Positions 22,218 to 30,369 of a stretch of DNA of 64,000 bases are shown here, in pieces. Position 1 is the first letter of the stretch. Every line of letters begins with the position of its first letter. Origin of the DNA: an uncultured Planctomycetaceae bacterium (GTDB lineage Bacteria > Planctomycetota > Planctomycetia > Planctomycetales > Planctomycetaceae); contig CAWFGE010000018.1 in NCBI GenBank assembly GCA_963815195.1, forward strand, positions 160,001-224,000, written 5' to 3'. The notes beneath the pieces are model-generated. The model made no database searches, had not been told where the DNA came from, and worked only from the letters and a program-made list of their open reading frames with translations. The position numbers were made by a program, and so were the translations under genes.

Positions 22218-25200
22218 CGCTTCGTTTCTCCGGTCAATGTCCGCCCGTTCGCCCGCCAGAGCGTCTGCTGAAATCGGCGGGGCGTGATGTATCTTGTGTG
22301 ATAGGTTTGCCAGTCTTCGGGATGTTTGCGGTAAACCGGATCCTCGGCGAGCGGCAGAAGCGGCCCGGCATAGTCCTTCTGGTCATGCGCCGGCAGCGGG
22401 CGGACCCATTGGGAAAACGCCGTGTTAAAGTCGCCATCCTTCACCCAGCCGTCGCCGACCAGAACAAAATCGCGAGTCCAACCCGCGGGCGGATCGGTTT
22501 GCTTTTCAAACTCGAACGCCAACTCATCGCCTGCGTTCATGATGACGTAGCGGTCATCGACGTTCGCCAACAGTTCCCGCACATCGCCGAAGCGCGTGTA
22601 AAACCCTTCGAGATCCGCCCAGAGCTGCCCGGAGGCGCGGGCTTCATAAATCGGCGTGTCGGGACGCAGGCGATCCGTGGGCCGAAGCTTCGAATAGCCG
22701 CGCTGCCGCAATTCCGCGGTATGTGTTGGCAACTTTGTAATGATCGGCTCGGTATCTTCAACCTGATAACTCCAGCCGAGGAAGTCCCAATAGACTTCCA
22801 TATTCGTTCGCAGCCGAAATCTTCGCGAAACGCCCAGCGACTGCGGAGGCAGTTCAATCACAACGTCTTTGTTCTTCCCGGCGGGGAATCCCAGGTTGTC
22901 CCGCAGCGGTTCCCAGACGCCTGCCGGATTTTTCTGTTCGAGGACGAGTCCATAAGGCTTCGCCGTGCCGCCTTGGCTGATCGCCACGTTGATGGAACTA
23001 TCCGTCGGATAAATCCACCCATGTCCCACGATCAGCACCGGCCGCTCGGCGGACACCTGGGACGGAATTTCAAACTCGACCCAATGCTCTTCCGCCACGC
23101 CTTGGTACTCGCCCAAGGCAAAACTGTCTACATATCGGCCGTCGACGGCTTGGAGCTTTTCGTCCAATTTGTTTCCGCGATGATCGGAGACGTTCAATAG
23201 CGGCTGCGGTTTCGTTGTCGCGACGACTTTTTGAGCCGGGCTCTCGTTGGGCACGAACCGCTCATCGACATAAACTTCCACATCCGCCGGGTGATCGACC
23301 GCCAAAAGCGAAACGTGATCGAAGAAATGCGTCTCCCAAAGCTCGGCGGTGATCCGCACCGGATAGCGGCCGGCTTTCGCGGCGAGGCGGCCGCCGGGAA
23401 TCTTGATCCAATCCTCGGTCTGCGCGACGCCCGCCGTCGCCTGGGCGTTGATCCGCAGCCCCAACGGAGACCGCCAGATGAAGTCCTTGATGAAGCGAAA
23501 CTTCTCGCCGTCGAAGGCAAACACCCACGGGCAAGAGCCTTTGAGCCGCTGCGTCGCCACCGTCGCCTCGCCGGTTTTGAGATCGAACTCGGCTTGAAAT
23601 ACGCCGTTGGGCCAGACGAAGCGGGCCACGTCCGCTTGTTTGTGCCGGCCCAAGCCAAAGTGCACGCGGGGCGATTGGATCGCGGCCGCCTCGACCAGAT
23701 TGCCCGCGCGGATCTCAATCCGCCCGCCGATGCCGAACGAATTGATCCGCCTGTCACCGGCTCCGGTGTTCGCTTTGGGTTCGATGACAAGCCAACCATA
23801 ATCGGCCGGGCTTTGATTGACCGCCGTCACGCCGGCGTTTTCCGACATCCCCACCAGATCCAAAAGCCCATCCCCGTTGACATCGCCGATCGAAGTCACG
23901 CGAAGCTGCGGCGATCCGCCGAGCTTGCTCCAAGACCCATCTGACCCGCGGAGCCAGATGCCCGTTTCGTTTTTCACCCCCGCAATAACGTCCACGCCGC
24001 CGTTATTGTCCACATCCGCCACGGCGAGAAATACCTCTCCCGGCTTCGCATTCGCCAGGGATTTTTGCGGCCACGTTGTCAACGGCGACTCTTTCCACTG
24101 GCCTTCATCGGCCCAGGTCGCCAATCGCAATTCGCCCGACTTTGTTAGCGATACTAGATCGAACTGCCCATCGCGATCGGCATCGCCTAGCGCAATCGCC
24201 AGCCTGGGCTGCTCATGCTCGAGCGCGCTTCCCGTGAAATTTCCGCCTCGATCGTTCCGCCAGATGGAAATGGCTCCCGCGGCATCGAGCGTGACGAGAT
24301 CGATGTCGCCGTCGCCGTCGAGATCGACCGCCCGCAGATCGCGGACATTTTTCGCGGGGATGAAACTGTCCATCGCGGTGAAAGTCAGGTCGCCGTTGTT
24401 GCGGATCCAACGGAGGGGAGACCGGTCATCGGACAAGAGCAAATCCAGATCGCCGTCGGCTTCGACATCCACAGCCCACACCGCCCGCCAGGATTGATCG
24501 AATTCTTTGAGCTCAGGTTGCTTGGGAGCGAAGGAACCGTCTTCCTGCCCGAGGAAGATCCGCAAACCTTTCTCGCCGACTAAAACCAGGTCTTCGCGGA
24601 AATCGAAATTCAAATCCAGGGCGGCGATGCTTGCAGAATCGGCGTTCGTCGTGGATCCTGGAAAGGGCAGCGCGGCCGAACTCTTCGTGTGAAGCGAATT
24701 GCCGGACAGCGACAAAAGGGTCGAGCTTCGCTTCCCGGATTGCTCCACAGCCAGAACGAGGTCCGGCCGCGCTGCTTTTTCAGAAGTCTCTTTAAGATCA
24801 AACGCCAATTTGAGATCGGCATCCGCGACCTGGGCGGGCGGAAACTCCAGACGCAAAAACGACCGCAGCGGCGTCCCGATTTCTCCCGCATCCCCGATCC
24901 CCAAAGCCGCGATGCTTTCTTGATAGGCGGGCGTGGGCTTCAATACGTTTTCAAAGAACGTCAGCGACAACGCCGCCTTGCGAAAATCCCCGCCCTGCGC
25001 CGCTTGATCCGCATCCGCCAATTTCTGCCGGGCCAGTTCGGGCCATTGATCACGATCATCCAGCAGCGAATCGAGCGACTTCCGCAGAACATCCCCCTGT
25101 TTGAGCGTCGCGGCGAGCCGGGCCTGTTCCGCGCGAACCCGCAGGTTCTCCGGGGCGTATTTCAGAACGTCCGACAGCAGATCGAGCCGCTCTTCCTCGG

Positions 25201-25714
25201 CCGCGCCACTTTGAACCTGCCCCAGAAGCTGCGTCAGCGAATAGGTGGCGGCGATGTTCTTCGGCCAGATTTGATGCACCTTGCGAAGCTGCTCGATTGC
25301 CTTTTCGATCTCGCCCGAGTGTTCATGGACCTCCGCTTGAAGAAGCGCCACTTCGCGAGAATCGGCCGCCAGAGCCTGGGCCTTGTTGAGCGCCTCCTGG
25401 GCCGGTTGCATCTGCCGCAACCGCATCTCGGTGACCGCCAGGTTCGCCCACAAGGCCGGCTCGCGAGGCTCGGCCGCGACCGCTTTCTTCAATTGCGCGG
25501 CGGCGAGCTGGTTCGATCCGACATCGAGCGCCGCCAACGACGTATAGAACTCCGAGACCACCTCTTCCCCGACGACCTCTTTTTCGGGAGCGGGTTTTTG
25601 ATCTCCGTCCCGAACGAACACCCAGTAACCGACGCCAAATGCAACGACCAACACGATCGCGACGACGCTCGCGATCAATAGGAATCGTTGCGTGCTCTTC
25701 GGTGTTTCGTTCAT
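22214..25714 (-). CDS. Membrane-anchored TPR + FG-GAP + ASPIC/UnbV protein with extra C-terminal domain
   Basis: N-terminal TM, TPR helices, DxDGDxDL repeats, NSFGIGGRIEI...VHFGLG, GSCPW, GWVKDGDFNT. Confidence 0.88.
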   Translation of the reverse strand: MNETPKSTQRFLLIASVVAIVLVVAFGVGYWVFVRDGDQKPAPEKEVVGEEVVSEFYTSLAALDVGSNQLAAAQLKKAVAAEPREPALWANLAVTEMRLRQMQPAQEALNKAQALAADSREVALLQAEVHEHSGEIEKAIEQLRKVHQIWPKNIAATYSLTQLLGQVQSGAAEEERLDLLSDVLKYAPENLRVRAEQARLAATLKQGDVLRKSLDSLLDDRDQWPELARQKLADADQAAQGGDFRKAALSLTFFENVLKPTPAYQESIAALGIGDAGEIGTPLRSFLRLEFPPAQVADADLKLAFDLKETSEKAARPDLVLAVEQSGKRSSTLLSLSGNSLHTKSSAALPFPGSTTNADSASIAALDLNFDFREDLVLVGEKGLRIFLGQEDGSFAPKQPELKEFDQSWRAVWAVDVEADGDLDLLLSDDRSPLRWIRNNGDLTFTAMDSFIPAKNVRDLRAVDLDGDGDIDLVTLDAAGAISIWRNDRGGNFTGSALEHEQPRLAIALGDADRDGQFDLVSLTKSGELRLATWADEGQWKESPLTTWPQKSLANAKPGEVFLAVADVDNNGGVDVIAGVKNETGIWLRGSDGSWSKLGGSPQLRVTSIGDVNGDGLLDLVGMSENAGVTAVNQSPADYGWLVIEPKANTGAGDRRINSFGIGGRIEIRAGNLVEAAAIQSPRVHFGLGRHKQADVARFVWPNGVFQAEFDLKTGEATVATQRLKGSCPWVFAFDGEKFRFIKDFIWRSPLGLRINAQATAGVAQTEDWIKIPGGRLAAKAGRYPVRITAELWETHFFDHVSLLAVDHPADVEVYVDERFVPNESPAQKVVATTKPQPLLNVSDHRGNKLDEKLQAVDGRYVDSFALGEYQGVAEEHWVEFEIPSQVSAERPVLIVGHGWIYPTDSSINVAISQGGTAKPYGLVLEQKNPAGVWEPLRDNLGFPAGKNKDVVIELPPQSLGVSRRFRLRTNMEVYWDFLGWSYQVEDTEPIITKLPTHTAELRQRGYSKLRPTDRLRPDTPIYEARASGQLWADLEGFYTRFGDVRELLANVDDRYVIMNAGDELAFEFEKQTDPPAGWTRDFVLVGDGWVKDGDFNTAFSQWVRPLPAHDQKDYAGPLLPLAEDPVYRKHPEDWQTYHTRYITPRRFQQTLWRANGRTLTGETKR

Positions 25715-26325
25715 GGGGCATCATCCATTCTGCTGTCCGCCGGTTGCGGTGTTTTCCGCGAAAGGGCTTCTCCGGAATCCGCGGCCGCGAGAAGCCGTTG
25801 ACGCCGGCGAATCATCGCAAACACCCAAAACCCGCCCAGAAACGCAAAGGGAAACAGATAGATCACAAAGTCCCAGGTCCCGTAGCCCGGCGGCGTGGAT
25901 TCGATTTCCGTCGTCAACTCCGCCATCTTGCCGCCGGGCGGCGTGACTTGAAAACCGACCGTCCAGAAATCGCGCTGATCGAAATAAGGCTCGGCTTTGA
26001 ACTCGACCTGGTTTTTCAGATCCTCCTGCTTCGCGTCATAGGTCGCCCGCTCGAGCCGGCCGCTTTTCGGTTCGGTCCACATCGAGACCTCGGGAATCTC
26101 ATCCGGCACTTTGCCTTCCAGGGATTTGATTATGATAAAAAACCTCGCGTCGCCGATGTCCGGATCCGCATAGACCGAAACCGTATAGCCTGCGAGCGGC
26201 TTGTCCATCAGGATCGGAAACGGCGGCCCTTCGTGCGCGAACGCGGTCTCCGTCCCAACGAGAACAGCGATCACCAAGAGGATCAAACGAACGATCGGCT
26301 TGCTTCGTGTGAAGAATGAAATCAT
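25711..26325 (-). CDS. Exported, C-terminally anchored hypothetical protein with predicted mature N-terminal His
   Basis: Signal peptide AFA|HEGPPFP; C-terminal TM; start/stop overlap with the next gene. Confidence 0.8.
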   Translation of the reverse strand: MISFFTRSKPIVRLILLVIAVLVGTETAFAHEGPPFPILMDKPLAGYTVSVYADPDIGDARFFIIIKSLEGKVPDEIPEVSMWTEPKSGRLERATYDAKQEDLKNQVEFKAEPYFDQRDFWTVGFQVTPPGGKMAELTTEIESTPPGYGTWDFVIYLFPFAFLGGFWVFAMIRRRQRLLAAADSGEALSRKTPQPADSRMDDAP

Positions 26326-26326
26326 C

Positions 26327-27841
26327 TCAAGCTCCCAGGAATGTGCCGCGCATGTCCATGGGCTGGTTCATAATCCACACGGCGGAGACGAACAGCACGA
26401 CGTGCAAAACGGCCCAAGGCCAAAAGCCCGCCCCGCCGCGCTGGGGCGAACGGTCCCGCGCGAGGCACCACGCCGTCATCAACGAGCCCAGAAGCCCGAG
26501 GCTCATCAATCCAATCTCCATGGGATACACGATCGAATCCGGCAGCCCGCCCAACCGCCACAGCGGTTCGCCCAACACCGCCGTTCCGAATGCTTTCAGC
26601 GCCGCGTTCTGGGCGACGGGGATAATCGTCAAACAGCCCGTGAAGAAGTGAAATCCATAATGCGCGAGCCAGACGCCGAACCCGATGGGGAGCAACGACC
26701 GGGCAAAGCGGTTGATGATCGCCAGCAACGATTCCTCGGAGCCGGTGAGTCGCCGGGTGAGGAAGGCCGCGGTCGTCAGCAGAATCGCGGGCTCCAAGAT
26801 CAGGCCGACCGAAAACAGGCTGCCGAGGATCGGCCATTCGACGGTGAGTCCCGTCGCGTTTGCGATCCCTTGCTCCACCACGTAGACCGGGCTGGTCATC
26901 GCGAACGCATTGAGCAGCGCACCGAACGTAAACAGCACGGCGAGGGCGGTGAAATCGAATCGGCGTTCGATCGTGCCCAGCCCCGACCGCGTGCCGCTTT
27001 CCGTCAGTTCCTCGGCCGGCAAGCGGGCCAAAACGCCGACGTTGTCGTGCGGGCAGGCATACACGCAGTCCAGGCAGAACGTGCAGTCGAGGTTTCCGAC
27101 TTTCCGCGGCTGAAACAGGGCCAGTTCGCAGCCGCGCTGAATGATCGGCAACTCGTTCGCTTCGTTTGCCTCAGCGTTCGTATCCGACGAAGCGCGAACG
27201 CCGCGGATGCAATCTTTCGTTCGGCAATGGGTGCAAACATCCGCATCCCGCACCGCCACTTCCAAGGGCGACATGGTCGAGCTCAAAAAATTAAACTGTC
27301 CGACCGGACACACGTATTTGCAAAACGCCGCCCGGTGAAACACCGCATCGACAACAAGAGCCGCCGCGAAATAGCCCACGATCAACACGCCGGTCCAATA
27401 AGGGTTGGACCAAAAGTCGAACAGCTCATACGCAAACAGCACCAGAACGAACATCGCGATCGCCAGCCATTTGTTTCGCAGACGGCGGGGCCATTCCCAG
27501 CGGGGCTTAAAGAACCTCCGGGCCAATTCGCGGGGCAGCATGAACGGGCACGCCATGCAGAACAGGTTCCCCGCCAGCAACAGCACGACGACAACCATGC
27601 CCCGAAAATGCACCCATGTCAGAAGGGCCGCGAGGTTTTTGGGCGCCTCTTCCGGGCCCCAGAACGCGTGGGCGATCATCAGCAGGCTGAGCAACAACAG
27701 CGGGACCTGCAGCACCGTCCGCGACCACCGCCAGCGCAAAAACCGCCCCAGCCCCGGCACGCGCAAGAGGTCGAAGGAAGTCCCCGGACCCGAGCCGCGC
27801 GGCGGCCTGGCCTGTGAACTTCGCCGATCTTCCACTGCCAT
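26327..27841 (-). CDS. Polyferredoxin membrane protein (NapH/CcoG/NosR/FesM-like)
   Basis: FCMACP and FCKYVCP motifs, CTHCRTKDC, GC...DCTFCLDCVYACPHDN, about 10 TM segments. Confidence 0.88.
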   Translation of the reverse strand: MAVEDRRSSQARPPRGSGPGTSFDLLRVPGLGRFLRWRWSRTVLQVPLLLLSLLMIAHAFWGPEEAPKNLAALLTWVHFRGMVVVVLLLAGNLFCMACPFMLPRELARRFFKPRWEWPRRLRNKWLAIAMFVLVLFAYELFDFWSNPYWTGVLIVGYFAAALVVDAVFHRAAFCKYVCPVGQFNFLSSTMSPLEVAVRDADVCTHCRTKDCIRGVRASSDTNAEANEANELPIIQRGCELALFQPRKVGNLDCTFCLDCVYACPHDNVGVLARLPAEELTESGTRSGLGTIERRFDFTALAVLFTFGALLNAFAMTSPVYVVEQGIANATGLTVEWPILGSLFSVGLILEPAILLTTAAFLTRRLTGSEESLLAIINRFARSLLPIGFGVWLAHYGFHFFTGCLTIIPVAQNAALKAFGTAVLGEPLWRLGGLPDSIVYPMEIGLMSLGLLGSLMTAWCLARDRSPQRGGAGFWPWAVLHVVLFVSAVWIMNQPMDMRGTFLGA

Positions 27842-27843
27842 CG

Positions 27844-28233
27844 TCACTGGGCTTTCACTCCCGGCACGTCGATCTTTCGCTCGACGGCCTTTCCATCGGA
27901 CGTTTTCGCCGAGACCAGAATAAACCAGTCTCCGCCCATCGTAAACTCGAGCGTCCCCGCGTAACGTCCCGGTTCGGTTTCTTTCAAATCCGCAAACGAA
28001 GGCTTCATGCCCGCGTGGTTCATATTGCCTTCCACCTGGACCGTCGCCCCCTCGAGCGGCGCCCCTTGGGCATGCGTGAGGTTCAGCGTCAGATGATTCT
28101 CGCCCACGACCGGCGGGTCGGGATCGAGCGCCAACTCCGCCTTCACATCCGGCGAATCGGACGGAGCCGAATGGCAACCCCCCACGAAGAGCAAGAACGC
28201 CCCGGCACACAGTCCTACGATCAAACCTTTCAA
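27844..28233 (-). CDS. YtkA/FixH-like lipoprotein
   Basis: AAGGAGG RBS plus TTG start; VGGC lipobox; VEGNMNHAGMKP, GRYAG...FTMGGDW. Confidence 0.8.
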   Translation of the reverse strand: MKGLIVGLCAGAFLLFVGGCHSAPSDSPDVKAELALDPDPPVVGENHLTLNLTHAQGAPLEGATVQVEGNMNHAGMKPSFADLKETEPGRYAGTLEFTMGGDWFILVSAKTSDGKAVERKIDVPGVKAQ

Positions 28234-28258
28234 AACAGCCTCCTTCCCGCGGTTCGGT

Positions 28259-28453
28259 TTAGCTAAAGCGGGCGGGGTTGGTTCGCCATAACAGTCCCAG
28301 GCAGCCGCCGGACGCCAGCCCGCCAATCAACAGCACCGCGCGGGCTCCGGCCATTTTCTCCGGAGGGAGTCCGCCGGCCCAAACCCAGCCGGCAATCGAA
28401 ATCCCCACCAGCGCCAGCAGAAACACGGTAATAATCGAGCGAATCAAATTCAT
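28259..28453 (-). CDS. Small two-TM membrane protein (64 aa)
   Basis: Two hydrophobic helices, in operon orientation. Confidence 0.65.
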   Translation of the reverse strand: MNLIRSIITVFLLALVGISIAGWVWAGGLPPEKMAGARAVLLIGGLASGGCLGLLWRTNPARFS

Positions 28454-28490
28454 GCTCGCACCTCTTGCCTTAGAAGAATGACTAAAAACA

Positions 28491-28570
28491 TGAGCGGTCG
28501 CCGCTCGCCTCCGGTTTCGATGAAAGGATATTCGCAACACCAAGACCGGAGGCGAGCGCCTCGCCGCTCA
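28491..28570. repeat. REPIN-like element (GGCGCTAGCC family variant)
   Basis: TGAGCGG...CCTCCGG / CCGGAGG...CCGCTCA; core shared with 2071-2148. Confidence 0.75.
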
Positions 28571-28571
28571 C

Positions 28572-29174
28572 TCATGTCTGGGCCGCCGGGGCCGGGGCCG
28601 TGCGGGGATGCCACGCACACGAGCAGCCGTGATGGGCTTCTTCGCCCGGCAGCGGGAACATGTGGTAGAACATCGCGACCACCATCGGCACGAACACCAC
28701 CGTGTTATAAAACAGGTGCAACTCCACCCGCGGAACCACCAGCTGCACGAGGCTCACGGGCACGGGCGAGCCGAACAGGTTGTGATGCAGGATCGCCTGC
28801 GATTGGAGAATGGCATGTTCGATGTGGTGCCAGAACTGAATCCAAAACGCGATCATCCACCATGTGTAGGACTGCCCCACAAAACCTTTCCGCAGAATCC
28901 AAAACGCGATGAGCATGATCAAGGCGTAGCCGTAGTGCAGGGCTTCCGATTTGACGAGCCACGGGGCAAACAGCCCGAGAAAGCCGTACGATTCTTTGAC
29001 CGGCCAGTGCAGCAAATAAATCTGCGTCGCCTGGGCCAGATGCTCGGCCCAGTGCGCCAGAACAATTGCCGTGTAAATCCACAGGGCTTGCTTATGGTAG
29101 GGGCCGTTGATTTTTTCCATCCAGGTCATGTTCTCGTGGGCCTGATTCACGGAACAGGCGGCAGTCGATGACAT
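28572..29174 (-). CDS. Integral membrane protein with duplicated HxxEH...H motifs
   Basis: HWAEH...LHYGY and HHIEH...LHLFY; GGAGG RBS; about 4 TM; C-terminal HHGCSC. Confidence 0.85.
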   Translation of the reverse strand: MSSTAACSVNQAHENMTWMEKINGPYHKQALWIYTAIVLAHWAEHLAQATQIYLLHWPVKESYGFLGLFAPWLVKSEALHYGYALIMLIAFWILRKGFVGQSYTWWMIAFWIQFWHHIEHAILQSQAILHHNLFGSPVPVSLVQLVVPRVELHLFYNTVVFVPMVVAMFYHMFPLPGEEAHHGCSCAWHPRTAPAPAAQT

Positions 29175-29406
29175 GGCGAACCTCCACGGTTAGGAAATGC
29201 TGAGGAATCCCCCAGGCGAAACTTTCATGGGGGACGATGGGATCAAACCGAGCGCAGCATGCGCGCCGGAACATGACCAAAGTCCGCAAACGCGAGAAGC
29301 TTCATCTGTGAAACAGCTTTCGTGCGCAGCTTTTTTCGTTTGTGAAAAAGGGCAAGCACGTCCCGCGGGGGGATCGGATCTTCACAGACGTTGCGGACCG
29401 TCTCCG

Positions 29407-29829
29407 CTAAGCGCGCGGAGGGTGTTCGATGCGGAGCGGATGACCGTCGGAGAGAATCAGAGCCGCCACCGTCGGCAAGGCTCTCGGGTCATCGGGGGGC
29501 GATTCGGTTTCCGTCTCCGGCCGCCAAACCTGGTCGGTCCCCGTGGGGGCCGTCGAAGTCGGAGCCATCGGCACGGGGGGATTGGAATCCCGGCCGCAGT
29601 TTGGACCGTGGCACGGCCGAGGCGTCGGGAGCGGCGAGTGGGAGTTTTGACTCCGTGCGGCGTCCGTTTTCTTGACGGAGTGGGCCAAATAATCGCCGCA
29701 ACTCGCAAAAACGGAGGCGGGGAACGCGCACAAAGCGAGCGCAAGGCCTGTTCCAACCAGGAACACGAATGAAGACCGGGAACAGGCGATGGGAAACGGT
29801 GAAGTGAAAGAAAGATCGCCGATCAACAT
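29407..29829 (-). CDS. Putative regulatory leader ORF (signal peptide, SCGDY, CHGPNC, Pro-rich linker, C-terminal HPPRA)
   Basis: ORF starts 8 nt after a -10 box; architecture parallels DUF2946-type uORFs. Confidence 0.7.
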   Translation of the reverse strand: MLIGDLSFTSPFPIACSRSSFVFLVGTGLALALCAFPASVFASCGDYLAHSVKKTDAARSQNSHSPLPTPRPCHGPNCGRDSNPPVPMAPTSTAPTGTDQVWRPETETESPPDDPRALPTVAALILSDGHPLRIEHPPRA

Positions 29830-29837
29830 ATCTCTCT

Positions 29838-29866
29838 AGGTTAAAGCGAGATCCCGCGAATGTCAA
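29838..29866 (-). promoter_or_regulatory. Sigma70-type promoter of the leader ORF/operon
   Basis: TTGACA-17 nt-TAACCT on the minus strand. Confidence 0.7.
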
Positions 29867-30016
29867 TCGGGCGAATCCTTCCGCTCGCCCGGGTGCCGAT
29901 CCTCGCCATCTCCACGGAGATGTCGCAGCCCGAATCCTCTCCGCCTGCCCCAAGACCAAAGTCGATCTCCAAGGCGCATGCCAATCCAACGCGGAACCGG
30001 CTGCGACCCGCAGCGA

Positions 30017-30301
30017 CTAATGCTTATAGACCTTATGCTGCGGGCGGGTCGAGAGGATCTGCTCCTTGCCCCAGTCGGTCACCGCGCGGAACTCGTCGCT
30101 GCGAATGAACTCTTGAAACGCCTTTTCGTCCGACCATTCGCTGGTAATCAGATACGAGGCGTCGTCCGAGACATCTTTCCACAACGTGGACTGGGAATGC
30201 CCTTCCGCGGTGTTCAGGGCGTTCATCACGGCCTGGAATTTGTCTTCAAAATCCTGCTGCTTGCCTTCGATCACATGGTAATTCATGCCGACGGTAATCA
30301 T
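30017..30301 (-). CDS. ABM (antibiotic biosynthesis monooxygenase)-domain protein
   Basis: VIEGKQQDFE...YLITSEWSDEKAFQEFIRSDEF pattern. Confidence 0.85.
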   Translation of the reverse strand: MITVGMNYHVIEGKQQDFEDKFQAVMNALNTAEGHSQSTLWKDVSDDASYLITSEWSDEKAFQEFIRSDEFRAVTDWGKEQILSTRPQHKVYKH

Positions 30302-30369
30302 TTGAGATAGCACCTTTTCTGGGGGTTAATTCAAAAGTGGAACGACAAATCGAAAACCGAGACGTCCGG

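Noticed and set aside
19487..25714. Enediyne biosynthetic gene cluster
   Set aside because: No iterative PKS, thioesterase or UnbL-like gene in the window
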